A stretch of 64,000 bases of DNA, taken from positions 62,001 through 126,000 of the IMG/VR virus record IMGVR_UViG_3300029908_000004. One strand, written 5' to 3'. The notes beneath the pieces were generated by a model. It was given only the letters and a program-made list of their open reading frames with translations. It was not told where the DNA came from and did no database searches. Shown here piece after piece: positions 29,346 to 40,008 of this stretch. Position 1 is the stretch's first letter. Every line of letters begins with the position of its first letter. The translations under genes and the position numbers were made by a program.

Positions 29346-29879
29346 TTACGAACTAACCGGTTTTTCTATTAACTCTCTTAGACAAGTTACAAGAAATTTG
29401 TCCACAGTCAAAGTTGTACTTGGTAACACAGTTACCACTTTTATACCTAAACCAGTGGCAATCCGAATGCCTTGTCTTGTCCCACCGTTGCCATCTTCTT
29501 GTGGAAATGCACACACAAGACAAGATCCTTCGATAATACCGAAGTTACGAGCATGAAGCTTAAACGCTCCCTGTGTTAGAAAACTTGGATTCGGATGGTA
29601 TTGTATAACTGAATCTCTCCAATCCAGATGAACCAACTCATCATACACAATCTTGTGTGTACAGTCTCTCGGTATAATCCCCGAGTTGTATGAGTACCAA
29701 GGCAAATACACTCGTAGATTCTTGGGTGTAGCGTTTAGCATGGCTGCGTGATCAATTCCCATTGCTGCTCCAGTAGCGATTACATAGTCGAGGAAGGAGA
29801 ATTTTCTCGCTGCAGCTGCAGCTAATACAAGTTGTCGTTGACTGGGGTTACGAGTGCCAATAATGGCAATCTTGCTCAT
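29346..29879 (-). CDS. SLOG-superfamily (DprA/Smf-like) nucleotide-binding protein
   Basis: IAIIGTR, TGAAMGID, VYLPW, HARN, GGT motifs. Confidence 0.82.
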   Translation of the reverse strand: MSKIAIIGTRNPSQRQLVLAAAAARKFSFLDYVIATGAAMGIDHAAMLNATPKNLRVYLPWYSYNSGIIPRDCTHKIVYDELVHLDWRDSVIQYHPNPSFLTQGAFKLHARNFGIIEGSCLVCAFPQEDGNGGTRQGIRIATGLGIKVVTVLPSTTLTVDKFLVTCLRELIEKPVSS

Positions 29880-29896
29880 TACTTATCTCCAATGTA

Positions 29897-30205
29897 TCAC
29901 TTCTTCGGTGTCAAAGTTCCGAGAGAACGTGTGTAGCAGAGAACTTTACCGTCTACTGCTACACCAACATAGTTTCCATTCTCTCGGAACTGGACGACCT
30001 CATGTCCTTCTCTAGCTAACTTCCCCCAGAGGCTTGGCTTGTTTGGATTTTGTTCAATTGCAAGGACAGGTTTTCCACCGGTGTCCCTGAAAAACGCGGT
30101 ACGAAGACCACTAATTGATGTCCTCTTGATAGTTAGTGACTTACCACTCTTCGTTATCCCCGTGAACAATGCTCTTGCTATTGCTTTGAACAGAGTTCCA
30201 TTCAT
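29897..30205 (-). CDS. hypothetical protein
   Basis: IEQNPNKPSLWGKLAREGHEVVQF motif; GGAGG RBS. Confidence 0.65.
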   Translation of the reverse strand: MNGTLFKAIARALFTGITKSGKSLTIKRTSISGLRTAFFRDTGGKPVLAIEQNPNKPSLWGKLAREGHEVVQFRENGNYVGVAVDGKVLCYTRSLGTLTPKK

Positions 30206-30734
30206 ATTCCCTCCGTTGGCTTTGTTCTCTCAACCGTTCGATACACAGAGCCATTAGCTCACCTTTGCTAATAGCAGACTCTGGTTCGATAGGGATCACA
30301 GGAATGTCGTAGTAGGTTGCCATCTTTATTGCTATGGCAGTGGCACCATTCCCACCGGACTGTGGGAATGCAACTAACAGCTCACTACCTACGACGGCAC
30401 CGTAGGTACAAGCATGGATTGCAATTGCCCCTTTACTTAACACTGACGGGTTAGGGTGGAAAGCGAACACAGCATCTCTCCATGCTGGGTCCCTAAACTC
30501 ATCGTACAAATAAATGTTTGCATGAGATGGGAGCATATCTTGGGCATAGCTCAACCATGGAATTACAACATTTAACTTTGGTTCCTTGCAGTTCATCATT
30601 ACTGATTGATCAACGCCTCTAGAGCCTCCAGTGAATATATCAAAACCCTTTCCCGAGAATTCTTTTGCTACAACCGCAGCTAGATACAACTGGGTTGTTA
30701 CTGGCCTACGGGTTCCCAGTACTGCTATCTTCAT
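30141..30734 (-). CDS. SLOG-superfamily protein (paralog of 29346-29879)
   Basis: IAVLGTR, TGGSRGVD, VIPW, HPNP, GAT motifs. Confidence 0.8.
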   Translation of the reverse strand: MKIAVLGTRRPVTTQLYLAAVVAKEFSGKGFDIFTGGSRGVDQSVMMNCKEPKLNVVIPWLSYAQDMLPSHANIYLYDEFRDPAWRDAVFAFHPNPSVLSKGAIAIHACTYGAVVGSELLVAFPQSGGNGATAIAIKMATYYDIPVIPIEPESAISKGELMALCIERLREQSQRREYEWNSVQSNSKSIVHGDNEEW

Positions 30735-31441
30735 ACGTCTTCTCCTTTACATCTCAAGGGGACTATTCGTTCTTCGTTCATTATATTTCTCCTCAGTCCA
30801 CTGCTGTCTGATATACCCGAGAAATCCACAATTCCCTGTGATTATGTCGACACTGAACACACTCACAAGGGCAAGAACTTCCAAAGCACTTATACTTATG
30901 GAATTAAACAGCATACCAACGAAGACAGCCACCGTGATCTTCATGTTGTGTGATGTTATTGGTCTAACCACGAGGTTAACTGCCCATGCTACGAGTAAAA
31001 CAGGAAGTTTCCAAGACAAAAAACTAATGATAGACCAGTCACAGATGCTCTTAAAGAGCTTAAACTTCAGTGATTTACGTCGATAGGCTAGGCAATTTTT
31101 ACAGAGCACCGCTGCAAATAGAGCAGTTAACAACAGAGCAATGTAACGATGGAATGCTTTCACCATAGGTCACTTCCCTATTGGACTGTTTCTGACAGCC
31201 TCGATGAAGGGATTTGTATCGGTTGGGTATAGCATACCGGTATCTTCATGTCTTACTACCCAACCTTTTTCCATTGCTTGGGCTCCGTTTTCATACCCAC
31301 GGGTGAAACAAACGTTACCAACAACAGTTAACAAGCAGAATCCAACCCATGATGCCAAACCTGTCATATTACGTTTGGCGAGTTGAACCATGGTGTAGAT
31401 ACCAACCAACCCTGCACAAGCTACCAGCCAAAACTTCATGA

Positions 31442-31738
31442 CTACCCCCGTGTTGCAGATGGTAAAGTTGTTTCCTTCCGTCCTGCTCCACCAGTTTTAG
31501 ATTCCTTTGCCAAGACAGGAACGTTAACAACTGGTTCAATCGGTGCGTGTATAGCAGACTTCACAGACACTAAGTCCTGTACATCAAAGGACTCAGTTGC
31601 TATCGGTCTACCATCCTTGTCCAATTTCTCAGGGGTAACCTGAACACGTACACAACCATTCAGGTATACTGTCACTGCTGTGACAATACCAGTGAAACCG
31701 GTTACTCGATCCTTAGCTCGGTCGCCCAGCTTAACCAT
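31442..31738 (-). CDS. conserved small phage protein (SH3-like)
   Basis: LGDRAKDRVTGFTGIVTA...YLNGC pattern common in phages. Confidence 0.75.
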   Translation of the reverse strand: MVKLGDRAKDRVTGFTGIVTAVTVYLNGCVRVQVTPEKLDKDGRPIATESFDVQDLVSVKSAIHAPIEPVVNVPVLAKESKTGGAGRKETTLPSATRG

Positions 31739-32231
31739 TTTCTATCTCCTTTTCCTCGGCTGATTGCCTTGTCTTGATGTAGTTATATCTTATCTGAACT
31801 TTTAAAGCATTGGTCTGCAACAGCAGGATCTCTTTCGTATCAGCAGGATAGAACATATCCAGTATAGCCTTTGGTGCTTTCCAATGAATTTCAAGCATCT
31901 CAACAAGGCTACCAGAAGAATCCTTAACCTTTACTTTGTCCATACTGGTACGTTCCCAACCGGAGCTCCTTAGGAACTCTAACCTTTCGTATGGTTTACC
32001 CTTCATACGATTACGGTACTCGTTTGTTACCCAAGCTTCCTGTAGGTCGAGTTCCTGCCTTACCTTGAGAGCTTTATCTACAGCTTCTTTCCTTGCTGCT
32101 TCTAAAACTCTATCATATTCTTGTTGTTGGATACAGCGAGGACAATAATGTCCATCAAAGCCGCACTCACGAACGTTCAGACGCCCGTTTATTGATAACA
32201 CCACTTTGTGGAAAAATTGACAAGGCATCAT
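31731..32231 (-). CDS. hypothetical protein
   Basis: 166-aa ORF with Cys cluster and AGGAG RBS. Confidence 0.65.
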   Translation of the reverse strand: MMPCQFFHKVVLSINGRLNVRECGFDGHYCPRCIQQQEYDRVLEAARKEAVDKALKVRQELDLQEAWVTNEYRNRMKGKPYERLEFLRSSGWERTSMDKVKVKDSSGSLVEMLEIHWKAPKAILDMFYPADTKEILLLQTNALKVQIRYNYIKTRQSAEEKEIENG

Positions 32232-32941
32232 ATCTCCTGTGAAACAAGATCAGGTTTCATCAGGTGCCCATGAGGTACCTTATGTCCTGTACAAATTCAA
32301 TCTTCTACTGAGTTTCTTCTTGGCCATTTAACTCTGTCCAGAAGTACTAGACTTTCGTGAATGGATTGGTACGGTACCATACCTAGGTTTATCGTTAATA
32401 TCATAACGAATGTCGGAAGCTTCCAATAAGGAGTCACACATTAAACATAAAATTGTGTGACCATCTTCTTGCAACCCCCCAAAACTCAGAGATCCAGGGC
32501 AACTCTCTTTCACAGCTTCCATGTGGTTAACCTCCAGAGTTAATACGCTTTGCCCATCTGAACCTTTGGTTCGTCGCGTCGTGGAAAGATTCCTTTATAT
32601 TGTAATACAAATACGCAAGAAAGAAAGTCCCCATTGGAGTTACTCCAATGGCGAAGAACGCCCACATAAACATTCCGAAGTTGCTACATCTGTTCCGTCT
32701 GACATACCAGAGTAGCAGTATCAACATAAGAGATGGGTAAATGTAGTCTATGAAGAACAACCAATTAGGATTGGGCATTATCCACCGTTACTTCTTTGTA
32801 CAGCAGAGCAAGTCTTACTATAACCCGTTCAGTTTCATTCAGTTTATAGTAAGCCTGCTTTAAACCTTTGAGCAGTGTCGCGGCTTCTTCACGCGAACAA
32901 ATGGGATCAGTTGCATTCATTCTATTTTCCTTTTACTGTAC

Positions 32942-32977
32942 AAAAAGGCCCTCTTGATAAACAACTATCAAGAGGGC
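32942..32977 (-). terminator. rho-independent terminator
   Basis: GCCCTCTTGATA/TATCAAGAGGGC 12-bp stem followed by a T tract on minus. Confidence 0.85.
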
Positions 32978-33008
32978 GAATTATCAGGTTAACAGGATAA
33001 TGCATGAG

Positions 33009-33788
33009 CTACGGTTTGTCCGCGTGCGCCCAGACAATCTCTTCGTATTTCTTCTCGTCCCAGACTTCGACGTAGTAAGACTCTGAACCATTGATCACTA
33101 CGAGGAACGGGTCCGGTTCAATAACCTCTAGAGCCTTTTGCCCTTTTGTCTCTACCAAAGCTTCTACGAGCAATTGTGCTGTAGGACAAGCACGACTTAT
33201 CTCCAAGGCTTTTTCCAAGACAAATGGTTCTATGTCCTTGTCAAACGTACTCAGGGTGAACAACTTCCAATGCCGTTCAACTCTTTCACCTCTTCCCCAT
33301 TGAGAGCTATCGCTAGGGATCAGCCAGGTCACAGCAGTTAACAACGCTATTGCGTTCAACGCGGTCAAGACGACCGTTAACACTAATCCACTCTCAGAGA
33401 TTAGTGCAGGCTGAAGAAACTCTTGATATTTCGGTGGTAGCCTGACTACCCAATCGAAACCATCGTACCAATTGATGATGTTCAAAACTAATGGGAAAAT
33501 CAGTACCACTGCTATCGCCAAGTACTTCAACTTTTCTTTTGTTCCTGACCACATTCCAATGTACTCTTGACTTTTCTTGTAAGCTTTGACATCCTCGATA
33601 TCAAAAGGAGTGATATCGATTCCTTTCAAAGCTTTAAGAAGCGGTTTTGCTGGTGGGGTCCTCACAGCAACCAAAAGTCTGGAGTAGCCAAGCTCGTCTT
33701 GAACTTTCTTGGCAAACTCCACACTGGAAGTATCAGCCTCTTGAACAGCTGGTATCTCCATGCTCATTCTTCTCAGGACGTTTCCCAT
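33009..33788 (-). CDS. membrane-associated hypothetical protein
   Basis: 259 aa with two TM helices inside a soluble domain ending DPFLVV...YVEVWDE. Confidence 0.75.
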   Translation of the reverse strand: MGNVLRRMSMEIPAVQEADTSSVEFAKKVQDELGYSRLLVAVRTPPAKPLLKALKGIDITPFDIEDVKAYKKSQEYIGMWSGTKEKLKYLAIAVVLIFPLVLNIINWYDGFDWVVRLPPKYQEFLQPALISESGLVLTVVLTALNAIALLTAVTWLIPSDSSQWGRGERVERHWKLFTLSTFDKDIEPFVLEKALEISRACPTAQLLVEALVETKGQKALEVIEPDPFLVVINGSESYYVEVWDEKKYEEIVWAHADKP

Positions 33789-35804
33789 CTCATCCTTCTC
33801 CTTGTGACAATACTACGTAGTTTCAGGGTGCCGTTCCCATCCAAGAGAACGGCACCAAGAAGTTACTGGATTGGGGTTGTTGGCGTCTGTTCTGTGTGGA
33901 ACAACTTACTCGCATAACCCTTGGTGGCGTCAATGCCGTTCATCAATCCATCAGAAACGGATTGATAATCTGCCAGCCGTTGTTCCCTTGAACGCAGGCT
34001 GAAGTAAGCACCGGTGCCAATGGCACCTATGCTAAGTATTCCGAGGAACCATCTCAACATGATCTCAACTCCTTATTGGCCAAAGCCGGAGGGTTTTGTT
34101 CGTAGTGTTTTTCAACGTCTTAGTGCCTTCTTCAAGGTTTCCCAACAGATGACAATCAAAACGAGAGAACACAGGAATACAGCCACCAAAAAAACTAGAT
34201 GGCATATAGTACCCAAAGTGACAATTAACACAGCGAGCATGTTTTTCATGCCACATCCTTTAGCTGAATGGACTTTCCACGCAGTTTGTTCAATGGCCAT
34301 ATAACACAGAAGATAACGATTGCATTCACAATCGTAGCTCCTCCTGCGAACGTAACTGCGTTAGGATTGTCGATACCGGTATGCCCATAGTTCAGACACT
34401 CGGTAGTCAAAAGGGTGAGCACTTTGTGATTGGCAACCCAGTTGAAAAACTTCCCTTGGTTGACCCAACGACTTAGTTTAAATACTTCGGCTATTGCATC
34501 CAAATGGGATAGCATCAGCCAAGATAGAGCAGACAACCCCATGCCTGCTATGAAACTGGATCTAGCAGTGGGAGTTAACGAACTTATTCCTGCCATACTC
34601 TCTCCTACGTTTCTAAGCTAACGTCACTGTCCAATTCTTCGTCTGCTCGGAACTTGGAGTTGTGGTTCACTACGTTGGCTACCCCTAACTCGAACAGCCT
34701 TGTATTCACCACTGTTCTAGTTAGCTTTACAATCTGTTTAGTAGCAATCTCTTCAACCTTGTTTGGTTCACCAGCTTGTCCAGCTAGCAAACTATCCAGA
34801 ATTGGTATACTGATGGGATCTTGATCAGTCCCATCAAGCAAACGTTTCCTCTTGCGATAGGAAACAAATACCCAGACACCACCAACTTCAGCTAGCTTCA
34901 TTCCGACAGCTGCCAACAGAAGGTTCAGCATGACGCCTCACTTTCTGGCTTCTACAAAGTTTTCTACAAAGTTAGCGTTGCCACTGGAAGGTGAACTGGA
35001 GGACACTGATTGCTTGGTGACTTTCTCACCAAGAGCAAGTGCCATGGAACTTTCCTTCTGTACGCAGGTAGCCCCGCATATAGGACGAGACCCAGAGATG
35101 TGTAGGATAGCCGGATCCCAACTGGATAGTAGGATCCCTTCCTTCGTTGGAACGGATACTAACCAAGTGTTAGTTTCACCCTTGGTGGTGCCACAGACGG
35201 CACACTTATACCCAATGTAAACGTATGGATTCGAAGCGTGGAATTCCATTACCACCCCCAATGTCCGGAAACGATCAAATGATTCAGTCTTACTAATAGC
35301 CCTGAATACATTGACCAGAAGATGGTTATAACGAAGAACGCTGGTACCACAACAAACGCTACGTGTTTGGTGTTCTCCGTATAACGCTCTATCTTCTTGG
35401 CTTCCGGTTCCGGTTCCTTCGAGAGTTTAAGCAGTCCCTGTAAACCGGGGACTTGCATATAAACCTTGTCCTGTTCGCATTCGTAAGTTGCGCAGAACTC
35501 ACAGATTGCAGATTCGCAGTCTAACCAAAGTCTCTGGAAGATAACATCTCCCTGTTTGAGACCTGCTGCTTTGTGCTTCTTCGCTAGCTCAATGTTTCTG
35601 GCTAGCCTTTTGGACAGAGAATGTAAAGCTGTCTTGCGAACGACAGTAAGTTTCTTATCATCGTACCAGCTCCCCATTCTTTCCAGAATATCCAGCATGA
35701 GCCAGCTCCTTTCCTATACTAATGATGAAGACAAATTGTTGGTACGCTAAGTACCAACAATTTAATCTCCATCCGTATTGGATGGTCTAACAGACAACAA
35801 AACA

Positions 35805-35830
35805 TCCCCGTAGGATTGCTCCTACGGGGA
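35805..35830 (-). terminator. rho-independent terminator
   Basis: TCCCCGTAGGA/TCCTACGGGGA stem right after the 35836 stop, followed by TGTTTTG on minus. Confidence 0.75.
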
Positions 35831-35835
35831 GTCTA

Positions 35836-36534
35836 CTACTTGATGCGGGTCGCGTTCGGGATGGTGGAAACGATCTCGGACGTACCGTCCTTGTACTTGA
35901 CTTCCAACATCTCAACGCGGAGGCTGTGCTGCCCTTCCAACTGCTGTTGAACAGCGGCATTGCCTACACGTAGTGCTGCAGCGCGTGCCGCCCTGCTGTA
36001 CATCGGCTGACCGATAACGTTCAGACTCAGAACCTCCTCGTTGTCGGCGATCGATCTGAGCACATCTTCGTCCGGACCGAATCCGTTCAGACGAATCGTT
36101 TCGCCCTTACGGAATCGACCGATCAAAGAGATGTAAGGCTCACCGGTTTCCGTGTAGCCTTTCTCCGTGCGACCGCGATAACGCTGGATACGCCCGCCAA
36201 CGTTCACTTCCTGAGCTGCCCGTGGAGCAGCGGTAACGTCGCGAACGATCTGAATGCCGGTGCAAACATCCAAACGGATCTGCCGTTGGAAAGTCCCGCC
36301 CAATGCTGACTCCGAGATATTGAAGACAGCCTGACCGGGGTAGTACTCACCGGACACTTCGAGGTCAATTGGCCGAGCCGACCTTGCAGGACTCGGTGCG
36401 CCCACTGGGGCCGTACGACTGGAATGAGCAGCTGGTACTGCCGGCGCTGCCGTTGTTGGCTGGTTCTGATTGGCTTGTTCCATTGTATTATTCTCCGCGA
36501 CTGAGTCGCTAAGTTCATCGATCTCTTTTCCCAT
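35836..36534 (-). CDS. hypothetical protein, possibly OB-fold ssDNA-binding
   Basis: AAGGAGG RBS, own terminator, GC-richer codons; disordered N-terminus followed by a beta-rich domain. Confidence 0.6.
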   Translation of the reverse strand: MGKEIDELSDSVAENNTMEQANQNQPTTAAPAVPAAHSSRTAPVGAPSPARSARPIDLEVSGEYYPGQAVFNISESALGGTFQRQIRLDVCTGIQIVRDVTAAPRAAQEVNVGGRIQRYRGRTEKGYTETGEPYISLIGRFRKGETIRLNGFGPDEDVLRSIADNEEVLSLNVIGQPMYSRAARAAALRVGNAAVQQQLEGQHSLRVEMLEVKYKDGTSEIVSTIPNATRIK

Positions 36535-37205
36535 GAACCTCCTTACATAATGGGTGTATACCCATTTACACCTGCTTTAGCAGGGAATGAAGGGGTGATA
36601 GAACCAGTAACTTATACAGTCACCCTAGTCAATCCTACCCACTATTGTGGGCCCCGGAGACTACAGATTCTACCACCACCACTTGTTTAAGCTGTTTGTC
36701 CCGAGCTGCTAAATAGCGCTCACGTAAGGTCAAACTACGCTTGATCTCTTGTTCTGGATCTCTTGTTCTGGTCCAAGCCACACATCTATAACAGTATGGA
36801 TGGAATGGTTCAGGGCTCTCACCACTTTCACAGTACACACATCCCTGTTGACAACTACATGGTGAGTATTCAGAGCACAGCTCTTTCATACGTTCCTTGG
36901 TTTGGTCAGTGTGAATCTCCCATCCGGGCGATTTACTCTCTACCTTATCAACAGACTTGTCAAACCTGTATAGCAAAGTAGTATCTTTGCTAAAACGGTT
37001 TAACTTCCAGCTTAACCTCTCCTTCTCCTCCATCATTGCTCCTTGTAACAAGAACCGGTGCCGTTTCCATGGGACCATATATTCTGGAATAGTAGCCCCT
37101 GCGTATGCCACCCCTTAGAAACGGTAGTGGCCTTAGTACCGTGTCGCCGTCTAGACGTTGACACGGTTCCGGCTTAGGCTGTGCCCGATAACGGCCAAAC
37201 TTGTG

Positions 37206-38345
37206 TCAACCAACGTTGTTGGTTGGTTGTTGTGTCTCCTCTGTTGAGGAGTTTGATGGGAGAATCCTCCCATATACTCCTTTGTCGATGGCCTTGATGT
37301 AACCTCTGTCCTTTAACGATTGGACAGTGGCATATATCGGTTGCTTTCTTGTACCGATGTCCATGCCACGACTGGCGAGTAGTTTGATGAGAGCCAGAAC
37401 ATCGAATGTTTTCTCTGGTTCTTTCTCCCATTCCTCCATAATCGTCCTTACCATATCCGTTGGCTTGTAAGGACTCAGTATGCGGGAATGTGTTTGTTTC
37501 TTTGGCTCGGTAGCCTTCGCTAAAGCTTGTTTCTGGAAGACAGACAAGAATGGTTCTACCTTCTTGCTCTCTTCCATGGCTAGGTCATACCAGTTTAACA
37601 ACTCGTTGACCATTGACATTTGTTGGACTGCCTCAGCCTTAACAGCTTCGGCAGTATCGATTATTCGCCGGGCTTCCGCGAACTGCTCCTCACAGCGAAT
37701 AATCCGCCGCTCTAAATCCTGCTTGAGTTCGCGAGCGCCGGCTATTCTTAAATCCAGAATACTCGGCATCTCTTCACTCCCCTTCGTTGGTTTAACAGTA
37801 TTCACTTCACCCAACTCACGTTGTTCTGCCAAGTAGGCGTTCATTGCTGGCATCCCGTTTTCGTTACGAATGCGGGCTGCTTCAGCAAGAACTTCTTGTT
37901 TATAAGTGAACACTTGACCTTTGGGTTTACTCTCCCGAACCTTCCGTATTGGATGATACACCAATACTTCTGGTTCCGTCTCCACCTTGGGTTTTGGCAC
38001 AAGCTTGGCCAACTCCTCAAGATTACGTAGAGCTTGCTCTTCCACAGCAGACTTGCTAACAACTAGCAACTGCTTGTGTACAGATTTCTTCGCCTTCTTC
38101 TTTACCACTTTGGCGACCAAGGTTACTGCCTTGTAAGGTTTCGCCTTTGGCTTGATGCCAAGCATCCCCTTTAACTCAGCCAAGTGGTTAGCGTATGACC
38201 TATACGCTGAAGGCGTCTTTGACAAAACGAATGTTTCGCCGTTGGATAGCGTGTATACATAGTGCTTCTTCTGCCTTACGCAGGTAGCACCATCCCGCTT
38301 TAAGATAGCTTCGATTTGGTCCTTAGGCGGCTTAACTGTTGACAT
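37206..38345 (-). CDS. multi-domain protein: HicA-like N-terminus, coiled coil, C-terminal winged helix
   Basis: LKRDGATCVRQKKHYVYTLSNG..FVLSKTPS HicA-like pattern; IYATVQSLKDRGYIKAIDKGVY wHTH-like. Confidence 0.6.
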   Translation of the reverse strand: MSTVKPPKDQIEAILKRDGATCVRQKKHYVYTLSNGETFVLSKTPSAYRSYANHLAELKGMLGIKPKAKPYKAVTLVAKVVKKKAKKSVHKQLLVVSKSAVEEQALRNLEELAKLVPKPKVETEPEVLVYHPIRKVRESKPKGQVFTYKQEVLAEAARIRNENGMPAMNAYLAEQRELGEVNTVKPTKGSEEMPSILDLRIAGARELKQDLERRIIRCEEQFAEARRIIDTAEAVKAEAVQQMSMVNELLNWYDLAMEESKKVEPFLSVFQKQALAKATEPKKQTHSRILSPYKPTDMVRTIMEEWEKEPEKTFDVLALIKLLASRGMDIGTRKQPIYATVQSLKDRGYIKAIDKGVYGRILPSNSSTEETQQPTNNVG

Positions 38346-38351
38346 ACCACC

Positions 38352-38654
38352 TCACAGTTGACAGATTGTTTTGTTCTTGTAGCCCGGATCTCTGAGATAA
38401 CTTACGATCCGGCGTAGCAAGCCCTTCCAAACGATGTTCGCAGTTGGGCTGCATGTATCACAGCATCTACGTAGAACATCCCAGTGTCTGTAACAAACGA
38501 GCCGATCACAATGTTCACAAACGTATTCCATGGGTAATTTACAATCACCCATCTTTTGCACTGGCGTAACCAGTCGGAATTCCATTCCTTTTGGCACGTT
38601 ACCAGTGTAAAAACCTGTTGTCTTCCCATCCGTTCCAACTAACAATTGAGCCAT
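38352..38654 (-). CDS. zinc-finger hypothetical protein
   Basis: CEHC, CYRH, CDTC motifs; GAGGTG RBS. Confidence 0.65.
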   Translation of the reverse strand: MAQLLVGTDGKTTGFYTGNVPKGMEFRLVTPVQKMGDCKLPMEYVCEHCDRLVCYRHWDVLRRCCDTCSPTANIVWKGLLRRIVSYLRDPGYKNKTICQL

Positions 38655-38695
38655 TGCTCACCTCCAGCTTTGTCCCTTCCAAATGAAATAGGAGG

Positions 38696-38741
38696 GCTAA
38701 GACAGTATGTACATGGTATAGTTTGGTAGGCTGTCTTAGCC
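38696..38741 (-). terminator. stem-loop downstream of the Cas7-like gene (possible terminator or processing hairpin)
   Basis: GGCTAAGACAG...CTGTCTTAGCC 11-bp inverted repeat about 40 nt after the stop. Confidence 0.5.
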
Positions 38742-38783
38742 AGTTTATGAAGGAGGAGCCCTACCACCAAAATCGCGTGTTTG

Positions 38784-39575
38784 CTAAGCTTTCAGGTTGA
38801 GCACCTCTGCTTGGTCCACTCGGAACTTGCCACATTCGAGGCTTCGTACGCTGCCGAGTCCACAGTTGCTACTCATGGCGAGAATACTGAGGATGTCATC
38901 CTCATTGACCTTGCCCGGAACGAATCGGTACACGAAGTGAATGCGACTTCCTTCTGGAGCCACTTCACTGTCATGGACGATTGATGCCGCGCCTTTGGGT
39001 GTTTGAACACGACCCATGAACGTCTCGAAGTGCGTTTTCACTGGTTCGCCGGCTGGCGTTACCATGTAGACATGGTTCGGATGGTCGCTGTCGATCAACG
39101 ATTGACCGACTGCTCTGACACGCCCACCTTCGGAGAAGTTACCCTTGGTGCCGATTTTGCCCTTGAATAAGCCTGTTCTGCTGGCTGCCTGCTTGAGCAT
39201 GGCCTTCATCATCCAGTCACCAAGCCAGACGCCCTTGTCGCTGTGCCGTAACACGTTGACGCCGTAAGATTCCACTTCGACAATCTCTGGCGCTGCCGCC
39301 GTTACCGAAGCTTCACTGCTTGGGTCAACCTGAATGGTTGGTTTCTTCTCACCAACCTCTTGTTTGAGTATACGCCTAACGGCCTCCTCGAACAAGATTT
39401 TCTGTTCTTCCGTTTCCTGCGGTAGCTTCATCTGAAAGGCGACGAATGCTCGTACACCTTCTTCACCGCCGGGTTGTCCACCGACAACCTTCGTTAAGAA
39501 TGTTGCGTGAATTTCCAATGATGCAGTGAGGCCTATAAAGCGTCCCTCCACATCGTCCGATGTAAATGTAGCCAT
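38784..39575 (-). CDS. stand-alone Cas7/RAMP-like RNA-binding protein (putative effector of the adjacent array)
   Basis: N-terminal strand TFLTKVVGG; VWLGDWMMKAMLKQAA (cf. RAMP IPGSSLKGALR); SEVAPEGSRIHF (cf. E.VP.G..F); C-terminal Gly-rich loop GLGSVRSLECGKF (cf. GLG..RS.GYG.F); no other cas gene in the window. Confidence 0.85.
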   Translation of the reverse strand: MATFTSDDVEGRFIGLTASLEIHATFLTKVVGGQPGGEEGVRAFVAFQMKLPQETEEQKILFEEAVRRILKQEVGEKKPTIQVDPSSEASVTAAAPEIVEVESYGVNVLRHSDKGVWLGDWMMKAMLKQAASRTGLFKGKIGTKGNFSEGGRVRAVGQSLIDSDHPNHVYMVTPAGEPVKTHFETFMGRVQTPKGAASIVHDSEVAPEGSRIHFVYRFVPGKVNEDDILSILAMSSNCGLGSVRSLECGKFRVDQAEVLNLKA

Positions 39576-39592
39576 ATAGGCCCCCTTGATTG

Positions 39593-40008
39593 TAAAACTG
39601 TTGAGATGGAAGCGGTGTCACGATGTTTTGCCGCCTCGAAGTATCAGATCACGAGTCGTCAAGTTTTGCTGCTCAGTTCAGTCTTGTAGCGTCTCATCTT
39701 ACCTTGCCACCACGTCTCGTTGAGCCTTGTCTCAACTTGTCACTATGTGGAATTTTGTAATGTCGAGCTGCAATGTTACATGTAATGGAATGTAACCTTG
39801 CCGCCGCGTCCCATACCGCTTTGCATCGGCAGATGTTATCTTGCCGCCAAGTTATACTCTGTGATGTCTAGCCGCTAAGTTAGAACTTAACTCGACATGT
39901 TCTGCCGCTTCGATATATGACATCTTGGATTGCCACTACATACGGAAGAATCACATAACGGACTGCCGCTGTGTATTGACATGATGTATACAGCTTCGGT
40001 TTGCCTCT
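39593..40008 (-). repeat. non-CRISPR guide-like array: 12 x 8-nt RGYGGCAR repeats with 5n-nt pentamer-phased spacers
   Basis: Repeats start (plus coordinates) at 39628, 39666, 39704, 39737, 39765, 39798, 39841, 39869, 39902, 39930, 39963, 40001; spacers are 30,30,25,20,25,35,20,25,20,25,30 nt; all 57 spacer pentamers are NNYNN on the minus strand. Confidence 0.9.

Noticed and set aside
39593-40008. Canonical CRISPR array
   Set aside because: Repeats are only 8 nt and degenerate, spacers have internal 5-nt periodicity, and no adaptation genes are present in the window
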